Positions 1-6,723 of a stretch of DNA of 15,633 nt are shown here, one piece after another. Position numbers and translations under genes: made by a program. Source of the stretch: Candidatus Latescibacterota bacterium (lineage in GTDB: Bacteria > Latescibacterota > UBA2968 > UBA8231); the NCBI GenBank assembly GCA_965205655.1, contig CBDBIJ010000004.1, forward strand, positions 1 to 15,633. The letters run 5' to 3'. The notes under the pieces were generated by a model that was given only the letters and a program-made list of their open reading frames with translations, did no database searches and had not been told where the DNA came from. Position 1 is the first letter of the stretch. Each line of letters starts with the position of its first letter.

Positions 1-348
1 AGCCCCCTCGGCAAGGGTTTGCTCACCGGCCGCTATCGCCCTGGTCATCTGTTTGCCGAAGGTGACGAGCGCCGCACCTTTGACTCTTTCCAGGGTGAGA
101 TGTTCGAGCGTTACGTCGAAGTCACAGACCGCCTGCAGGAGCTCGCCGGCGACAAGGGACTGAGCATCGTCCAGCTCGCCATCGCCTGGGTGCTGCGGCA
201 GGAGGCGGTCACCTGCGCCCTCGTGGGTGCCAAGAGTCCGGACCAGATCGAGGAACACCTCGGCGCTGCCGGCGTCGACTTCACCGAGGACGAACTGACC
301 CGCATAGATTTTGTACTTCAGGGCCTGGAGGGAATTGACCGGAGCTAA
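1..348 (+). CDS. Aldo/keto reductase, C-terminal part (5' end outside window)
   Basis: Frame is open from base 1 and reads SPLGKGLLTGRY...QLAIAWVL...ALVGAKSPDQIEEHLGA...FTEDELTRID, the typical AKR NADPH-binding C-terminal motifs. TAA at 346-348. Confidence 0.93.
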   Translation, partial: SPLGKGLLTGRYRPGHLFAEGDERRTFDSFQGEMFERYVEVTDRLQELAGDKGLSIVQLAIAWVLRQEAVTCALVGAKSPDQIEEHLGAAGVDFTEDELTRIDFVLQGLEGIDRS

Positions 349-1243
349 GGGAGGCGATTCGATCACCGTCGGCACCGACGCGGGCCATCCCATCGAGATG
401 GCCTATGTCGACACCGCCGGTGACAGTGCGGAGTACACCATTCTTCTACTACACGGATTGTTCGACCACAAGGCGACGTGGCAGTATGTGATGCCGCACT
501 TTGACGCCCGGTTTCGCTCGATCGCTCCAGACCTGGTCGGCTCCGGCTATAGCAGCAAGCCCCGGTTCGACGGCGAGCCGGTGGACGAGCGCTACTCGGT
601 CTCCATGGTGGCTGCTTTCGTCAGGAGATTCATCGCCGCTCTGAGCCTGGACAACCTGATCCTGGTCGGAAGCTCGCTCGGCGGCGGCATTGCTCTCAAG
701 CTCTTACTCGAGGAATGGACCAGGGGGCCTACCATCCGCGGCCTCGTGCTCATCGGCGCCGCTGGCTATCCGCAGCTGCTCCCGGGATACATCCAACTCG
801 CCGGCAGCTGGCCGGCTGGCTTACTCGCGAATCGACTCCTGCGACGGGCGGCCCGCGAGCTCGGCATTCTGTCGGCCATTGTCCGATCGACGTTTCGCCA
901 GGTTTTTTTCGATCCGAAAAAGATCCCAGCGGAGTTGGAGGCGGCGGCCCTCGAGGTGCTCTGTCTGAACGGGACGGCCAGCGCCTACAGATGGGCAGCC
1001 AGGAATGTGGTGCCGCCCGACCTGGGCACCTTTCGCGGGCGCTACCGGGAGATCACCTGTCCCACCCTCATCATCTGGGGAAGGGAAGACCGCATCATTC
1101 CACCCCTGTCCGCCCTCTTGTTCGAAACGGATATTCAGGGGTCGAAGCTCCATGTCTTCGATGAATGCGGCCACGCGCCTCACCTCGAATACCCGGAGGA
1201 GACGGCCATAGCCATCCGGGACTGGGCGCGCTATAGCTTATGA
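311..1243 (+). CDS. Alpha/beta fold hydrolase (start uncertain: TTG 311, TTG 335 or ATG 398)
   Basis: LLLHGLF oxyanion motif, PDLVGSGYS, nucleophile elbow GSSLGG, acid in IIWGREDRIIP, His in ECGHAPHLE. Confidence 0.92.
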   Translation: MYFRAWRELTGAKGGDSITVGTDAGHPIEMAYVDTAGDSAEYTILLLHGLFDHKATWQYVMPHFDARFRSIAPDLVGSGYSSKPRFDGEPVDERYSVSMVAAFVRRFIAALSLDNLILVGSSLGGGIALKLLLEEWTRGPTIRGLVLIGAAGYPQLLPGYIQLAGSWPAGLLANRLLRRAARELGILSAIVRSTFRQVFFDPKKIPAELEAAALEVLCLNGTASAYRWAARNVVPPDLGTFRGRYREITCPTLIIWGREDRIIPPLSALLFETDIQGSKLHVFDECGHAPHLEYPEETAIAIRDWARYSL

Positions 1244-1276
1244 TCGTGACGAAGGCGACGGCATTGGAGGCGGACA

Positions 1277-1690
1277 GTGGCTGATCGGCCGGAACCGCGA
1301 CTGTCGAACATCGACGATGACGGCCAGCGCTTCCGCATGTTTTTTGCGGTGCTGTTCTTCTTCTTCGCTCCCGGCCTGACCGCGATCGTCACGGTGGCGG
1401 AGGCGCCGCTGCCTTTGAAGCTCGCCGTGTTCGTGCCGGCGTGGCTGTGCACCCTGTTTTTCTTTCAGGCCCACGAAAAGATCTGCGTATTTCTGGCGGC
1501 GAAAGGTGGGCGCAGTGGCGAGCGGGGAACGGAGATGATCGACGATCCCGAACTCGCCGAAGAGCTGCGTCAAAGGGCCGGTCGAATTCAGCTCAAGACG
1601 TTTGGTGCTGCGATACTCTACACGATCCTGTTGTTGTCGCTTGCCGCGATCGTGCCGTGGCGCATACCGCTCCCTGAGGGGATGCAGTAG
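1277..1690 (+). CDS. Hypothetical membrane protein, about 3 TM segments
   Basis: GGAGG at 1266-1270 before GTG 1277. Hydrophobic segments MFFAVLFFFFAPGLTAIVTV, LKLAVFVPAWLCTLFFF and FGAAILYTILLLSLAAIV. Fills the gap between flanking genes. Confidence 0.8.
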   Translation: MADRPEPRLSNIDDDGQRFRMFFAVLFFFFAPGLTAIVTVAEAPLPLKLAVFVPAWLCTLFFFQAHEKICVFLAAKGGRSGERGTEMIDDPELAEELRQRAGRIQLKTFGAAILYTILLLSLAAIVPWRIPLPEGMQ

Positions 1691-1708
1691 CGGCGGTTTG
1701 CATACAGC

Positions 1709-2494
1709 TCAGCTGGTCTTTACCGGCAGCTCCAGCAGCAATCTGGCTCCGGTGTCGCACCCATCAACATTCAGCTCCCCGCCATGGCCGCGGGCGATCA
1801 TTCTGCAGACGGCCAGACCCAGACCAGCGCCGGCAACACCTTCTTTCGTCGTATGGGCCGGGTCGAACACGCTCTCCCGGAGATCGTCGGGGATACCGAC
1901 CCCATCATCCTCGACCTCGATGCGAAGTCGATTCTCACTGCAGCTTGTCCCGACGCGAATCGATCCACCGTCGCCCCCGCGCGCTCCGATCGCCTCTCGT
2001 CCGTTCTGAATCAGGTTCAGGATCACCTGAAGAACCTGGCCGCCGTTTCCCTTCGTCGCCGGAATGCTGCGGTCTAGATCCTCGAGGAGTATGATACTCT
2101 CGCGCTCGCACCTGTCCCGGATTAACTCGACGGCCTCCGTGACGACGACGTTTACATCGATCTCGTCGTCGGACGCCCGCAGCCTCTGGGAGAACTCCAT
2201 CAGCCGTTGCGATACTCGAACGGTCGTGTCCGACCAATTCATAATGATCTGAACATCCTTCTGTATCGTTTCTGCAAACTGACTTATCTCTTGCCCGTTG
2301 GCGGGCGTCTTCACCTCCGCAGCAAGCTTTTCCAGCAGCAGCTCGGTCGTTCCGCTCAGCACACTCAATGCATTGTTGATATCGTGAGCAATGCTGCCGG
2401 TGACCTGGCCGATGAGATCGAGCCGCTGGCTTTCACACAGCGCCGCCCACAGTGGATCTGTATCCTTCGAGGCGCTACCTATTTGGTCACTCAT
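1709..2494 (-). CDS. Histidine kinase (HisKA + HATPase_c) with no sensor or TM domain
   Basis: H-box IAHDINNAL, N-box QVILNLIQNGREAI, G1 VEDDGVGIP, F-box VFDPAHTTK, G2 GAGLGLAVC. ATG overlaps the upstream stop (ATGA, 2491-2494). Confidence 0.93.
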   Translation of the reverse strand: MSDQIGSASKDTDPLWAALCESQRLDLIGQVTGSIAHDINNALSVLSGTTELLLEKLAAEVKTPANGQEISQFAETIQKDVQIIMNWSDTTVRVSQRLMEFSQRLRASDDEIDVNVVVTEAVELIRDRCERESIILLEDLDRSIPATKGNGGQVLQVILNLIQNGREAIGARGGDGGSIRVGTSCSENRLRIEVEDDGVGIPDDLRESVFDPAHTTKEGVAGAGLGLAVCRMIARGHGGELNVDGCDTGARLLLELPVKTS

Positions 2495-3399
2495 GTGATA
2501 TCCCCGTAGACATGACTGGCTTCTCGATGCACGATAGCGTGCAGGTCAGCCGTCTCTTCCGGCGTCGCCGCGTAGCCACCCGACATCAGCAGCGCCAGCG
2601 GCGTCCCCGCAGACCTGACCGCCGCGAGGACGAATCGGTCGCGCCGGTGAACCCCCTCGCGCGTCAACGCCAAACGGCCGTAGCGATCACCCGACACCAA
2701 ATCAACCCCCGCCAGATACAGCACGACCTGCGGTCGCGAACGATCCAGGGCGACCGGTAGGTGAGTCTCTAACTCCTGCATGTAGCCGTCGTCGTCGATG
2801 CCGTCTGCTAGCGGCACATCGAGCGATGAGCTCTCCTTCTCGAATGGATAGTTGCTCGCGCCGTGCATCGAGAATGTGTAGGTCGTCTCGTCCTTTTTGA
2901 ACGCCACCGCTGTTCCGTTTCCCTGATGCACGTCGAGATCGATCACGAGTGCCCGGTTTATTCGGCCCTCTCGGAGCATTAGGCGAATGGCCACCGCCAC
3001 GTCGTTGAGGACGCAGAATCCTTCCCCGTGATCGGGGAACGCGTGGTGGGTGCCGCCGGCGAGATTGGCGGCGATACCGTCTTCGAGGGCCAGGCGCGAG
3101 GCGTTGATCGTGCCCTGAACGGCCAGCCTCGAGCGTCGCACGAGAGCCGCCGACCAGGGCAGCCCCATCTTCCTCTCCGCCGCACGCCCGAGCGACCCAC
3201 CTTCGAGCTGACGAAGGTACTGGGTTATGTGGACGAGTTCGAGGTCTGCCCAGGACGCCTCATCCGGCTCCGCGATGTCCGCTTTCCCAATCAGGCCCTC
3301 CGTTTCGAGGATCTGCTTGAAAACCGGAAACTTTGCCATCGGAAATGGATGATCGGGGGGGAGTTCGACGTAGTAGCCCGGTGTATAGCTGACACGCAT
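2491..3399 (-). CDS. Zn-dependent histone deacetylase family protein (class IV/HDAC11-like)
   Basis: HPFPMAKF, GGTHHA, GEGFCVLND, DLDVHQGNGT, GVDLVSGDRYG and SGGY are all intact. Confidence 0.95.
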   Translation of the reverse strand: MRVSYTPGYYVELPPDHPFPMAKFPVFKQILETEGLIGKADIAEPDEASWADLELVHITQYLRQLEGGSLGRAAERKMGLPWSAALVRRSRLAVQGTINASRLALEDGIAANLAGGTHHAFPDHGEGFCVLNDVAVAIRLMLREGRINRALVIDLDVHQGNGTAVAFKKDETTYTFSMHGASNYPFEKESSSLDVPLADGIDDDGYMQELETHLPVALDRSRPQVVLYLAGVDLVSGDRYGRLALTREGVHRRDRFVLAAVRSAGTPLALLMSGGYAATPEETADLHAIVHREASHVYGDIT

Positions 3400-3417
3400 G
3401 CGGGTATCCTTCGATCG

Positions 3418-4311
3418 TCAGAGCATGTGTTCGAAGGCGGCGGTCAGCGTCTCGTGCTGAAAGGGGTAACCCGCATCGAGCAGCTTGCGCGGCTCGACGC
3501 GTGTGCTCGAGAGCAGGAGCTCCTCTCCCATCTCACCCATGGAGATTCTGACCAGCCACGCCGGCATCCGGCACAGAGTGGGTCGCATCAAAAAGCGGCC
3601 GAGAGTCTTGGTGAACTCTCTGCTTGTCACCGGATTCGGCGAGACGGCGTTCACCGGCCCCTCGAGTGAGTCCGTGTTCATGGCGAAGCAGATGATCTCG
3701 ACCGCATCCTCCAGAGAAGTCCAGCTCATGTACTGTTTGCCGTTTCCGACTCTCCCGCCGAGGCCGAGCCGAAAGGCCAGGAGCATTCTCGAAAGCGCGC
3801 CTCCCACCGGGCTCATGACGACGCCCAGGCGCAGGTTGATCACTCTGATCCCCTTGTCGCGAGCCGCCGCGGTGGCCGACTCCCATTCCCGTACTACCTG
3901 CGCCAGAAATCCTTGGCCCGCTTCGCTGCGCTCAGTCATGATCTCGTCGCCGCGATCGCCGTAGAAACCGATAGCGGATGCACAGACCATCACCTGAGGC
4001 GGCTCTTGCAACTGCGCCAGTGTCTCGCTCAGCAATCGAGTCCCATCCACGCGGCTCGCCCGGATACGCTCCTTTTGAGACTCCGTCCAGCGCGACGAGG
4101 CGATGTTCTCGCCAGCCAGATGAACGACGGCCTCCATCCCCTCGATCTCCTCGCGGGCAAGTGTGCCGGCCACCGGATCCCAGAATACCGCTTCGTCTCC
4201 CGCCCGCTGCGGCGACCGCACGAGGCGCACCACCCGATGTCGCCGTGTCGTCAGCACCGTCGTGAGAGCTGAGCCGATGAGACCCCTCGATCCGGAGACG
4301 AGCACTTTCAT
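3418..4311 (-). CDS. TIGR01777/YfcH-family NAD(P)-dependent epimerase-like oxidoreductase
   Basis: MKVLVSGSRGLIG Rossmann start, VVHLAGENIA..RWT, SRVDGT, SAIGFYG, FLAQVVREWE, GNGKQYMSW, GPVNAVSPNP. ATGA overlap with the upstream gene at 4308-4311. Confidence 0.95.
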   Translation of the reverse strand: MKVLVSGSRGLIGSALTTVLTTRRHRVVRLVRSPQRAGDEAVFWDPVAGTLAREEIEGMEAVVHLAGENIASSRWTESQKERIRASRVDGTRLLSETLAQLQEPPQVMVCASAIGFYGDRGDEIMTERSEAGQGFLAQVVREWESATAAARDKGIRVINLRLGVVMSPVGGALSRMLLAFRLGLGGRVGNGKQYMSWTSLEDAVEIICFAMNTDSLEGPVNAVSPNPVTSREFTKTLGRFLMRPTLCRMPAWLVRISMGEMGEELLLSSTRVEPRKLLDAGYPFQHETLTAAFEHML

Positions 4312-5426
4312 GTCGCGCGCGGGCGCACGCCCGCCACCGCCTCACGGAATACCTGTGCGAACCTCGCTCGCTGCTCGGGCGTGCCGACCGTGACGCGGAC
4401 ACATCGATCTTGAGGGGAAACCGAAGGCATGCGCACGAACACGTCTCGCTCGAGCAGTGCCTGCTGTACCGCTCGAGCCCGCTCCCCGGACCCCAGGTCG
4501 ATGCAGACGAAATTCGTCGCCGACGGCACCGCGCCGAGGCCGAGCTCGCAGGCCAGGCTTTCGTATGCCCCGCGGCCTTCTTTCACCGACTGCACCACTT
4601 TCTTCACGAACGCCGTGTCCGCCAGCGATGCCAGGGCACCTGCCTGGGCGATTCTGTTGACGCCGAAGTGATTGCGCACCTTCTCGAGCACCGCCACCAG
4701 TTCGCGGTGTGCGAGTGCGTACCCGACCCGCGCCCCGGCCATGCCGTGCGCCTTGGAGAACGTCCTCATCCGTATGAGGCGCTCGTTGGCGGTGTCCGTA
4801 TCCCACACCGCCTCGTGCGGGGCGAATTCAATATAGGCCTCGTCTATGATGGCGATGCAATCTGATGGCAGCCCGTCCATAAACTCTCTGAGCGCCCCGG
4901 ATGAATGCCATGTCCCCATCGGGTTGTCGGGGTTGGCAACGTACACAAGGTGAGCTCGCGTCTCGCGAACCTTGGCCGCCAGCGCCTGAAGATCTGACCT
5001 GTCGTCCCGGTAGGGCACCTGCTCCTGTCGGCCGCCGAATCTCTGAACATGGTAGGCGAAAGTCGGATAGGAGCCGTGGCAGCTGACAACCGGCTCACCG
5101 GGCTCCACCGCAATTCGCACCACGAGACCGAGCAAATCGTCGATGCCAGCGCTGATACAGATTTCGTCCAGGCCGACATCGTGATGCCGGGCCAAAGCGG
5201 TGCGAAGATCGTAATTGTCGGGATCGTTGTACTAGGAAACCTCTTCCACCGTTCGGCACATCGCCTCGCGCGCCCGCTGCGAAATGCCGAAGGCGCTCTC
5301 GTTGGCACCCACCCGGATAGCGAACTGCCGCCCCCTGCTGCGCTCAATCGCCTCGGGACCGACGAATGGCACGAGCGATGGCAGACTCTCTATGACTCGT
5401 GTGAGTGGGAGCTCAGCCATTGCCAA
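4308..5426 (-). pseudogene. PLP-dependent class I/II aminotransferase (HisC-like), interrupted by an in-frame TAG at 5232-5234
   Basis: ORFs 5232-5426 and 4308-5195 share one frame: ...GANESAFG...EEVS*YNDPDNYDLRTALARHH... Motifs ANPDNPMG, IDEAYIEF, RTFSKAHGMAGARVGY (PLP lysine), SATNFV, RVTVGT. Start is TTG 5426 (AAGGGAG 5 nt upstream) or ATG 5420. Confidence 0.88.
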
Positions 5427-5507
5427 CGGCGCTCCCTTGAGCGGGGATGCGCCTTCTCCTATCGTTGGGACAACTCTCCTAAGCCCTGGATACCCGGTCT
5501 TCAGTCT

Positions 5508-6161
5508 GTGGCATCGACACAGCGCAAAACTGACTCAAGCCAGTACGAGCGTCAAGCGTTCGGAGTGCGGGTCCTGCGACCGTCCCATCCCGATCTGCGC
5601 TCCCTTCGATCCAGCCACAATCCGAGCTACCAGGGACACAAACTGTGGAATGCCACCTGGCTTCTCCTCTCCTATTTGGAGAGAGAGCCGCCGAAGCCGG
5701 ACTCGCGAATCCTCGAAGCGGGATGCGGCTGGGGCCTCTCCTCCATCTATTGTGCGAGCGTCTGTGGCGCCGAGGTGACGGCTGTCGATGTCGACGAGGA
5801 GGTGTTCCCCTTTTTGCGGCTCCACGCCCGTCACAACAATGTAAATATCCGCACCCTCACCGCCGGCTTCGACGAAGTCCCTGGCGAGTTGCTGCGGCGA
5901 CAGGATCTCATCATCGGCGCCGACATCTGCTTTCGCGCCGCCATGATCGAGCCGTTGTTCAGCTTGCTGCAGCGTGCCCTCGCAGCGGGAGTTGGAAAGA
6001 TCGCGCTGTCAGACCCGGGCAGGCTCGCCTTCAGATCTCTGGCGGCGAAATGCGTGCGCGATCTCGGAGGTGTCGAGATGGCGTGGCAGGTGGAAGAGCC
6101 TCTCATCCAGTGGCACGGCAGTCCGCTCATCGTTCACGGACACATCGTCACGATCGGGTAG
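5508..6161 (+). CDS. Class I SAM-dependent methyltransferase, family-16 (protein lysine methyltransferase)-like
   Basis: GHKLWNATWLL, motif I ILEAGCGWG, AVDVD, DLIIGADICF. Start placed at GTG 5508 because the extension to 5049 overlaps the aminotransferase antisense. Confidence 0.85.
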   Translation: MASTQRKTDSSQYERQAFGVRVLRPSHPDLRSLRSSHNPSYQGHKLWNATWLLLSYLEREPPKPDSRILEAGCGWGLSSIYCASVCGAEVTAVDVDEEVFPFLRLHARHNNVNIRTLTAGFDEVPGELLRRQDLIIGADICFRAAMIEPLFSLLQRALAAGVGKIALSDPGRLAFRSLAAKCVRDLGGVEMAWQVEEPLIQWHGSPLIVHGHIVTIG

Positions 6162-6175
6162 TGGACAGCATCGCC

Positions 6176-6620
6176 TCAACCGAAGACTCCCACCTTGTAC
6201 AGCAGCACGGTTGCCACCAGGATTGGCGACACGTAGCGAGTCAGCACCCGCCACAGGTCGTAGTCGCCACGACCCGCCGGCGCTCCTGCACCGTACTCCT
6301 CCTCTGATTCGGAACGCGTCAGGGCCCAGCCGGCGAACACGGCGATCGCCAGGCCGCCCAGCGGCAGTAGCCAGTTGCTCGCCAGATAGTCGAAGGAGTC
6401 GAACCAGTTGAGGGGCGTGCCGCCCTTTCGTCACCATAATCGGTAGACCGACCACTGCGATACAGACTATATAGACGAGGACGAAGGAGCCGCCCTGATT
6501 GTCGAACGTGATGTATGGGAACTTCCACAGGTTCCCCAATCCCACGGCCGAGCCGGCGGCAGCCATCACAAAGCCGAGGCGCGATCACCAGTGCTCTCGT
6601 GCGTTGTCGCGTGCATTCAC
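6176..6620 (-). pseudogene. Remnant of a sodium-dependent transporter (NSS/SNF family) with a nonsense codon and large internal deletion
   Basis: From GTG 6620: [35 protein letters not shown]...GGSFVLVY...GLPIM (NSS TM1-2 signature; TGA at 6585-6587). Joined out of frame near 6430 to the C-terminus NWFDSFDYLASNWLLPLGGLAIAVFAGW...LWRVLTRYVSPILV...FG* (stop 6176-6178). Confidence 0.9.
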
Positions 6621-6723
6621 AAGCGCGTGATCTCCCGGAATTTTCGGCGTATACTTAAGACGCTAAGACCATTGATCCGCGCCATCAAGTCGACTCCCCA
6701 TTCGCCTTGAAGTAGCTCATCTC

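Noticed and set aside
5430..5485. Partial glycine-riboswitch likeness on the minus strand (GGAGAG, hairpin, GAAGGCGCA, CTCAAGG)
   Set aside because: It lacks the CCGAAG...CUCUCAGG pairing and a P1 stem, and there is little room between the divergent genes. An Rfam cmscan would settle it.
5049..5507. N-terminal extension of the 370-aa methyltransferase ORF
   Set aside because: It overlaps the aminotransferase antisense and has no methyltransferase features; it is an open shadow frame.
6009..6430. C-terminal part of the 186-aa minus-strand ORF
   Set aside because: It is out-of-frame read-through past the deletion junction; the real transporter C-terminus is in another frame.
6585..6587. TGA read as Gly (genetic code 25) or selenocysteine
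   Set aside because: TGA is the normal stop for most genes in this window, and the gene is independently broken by a deletion.
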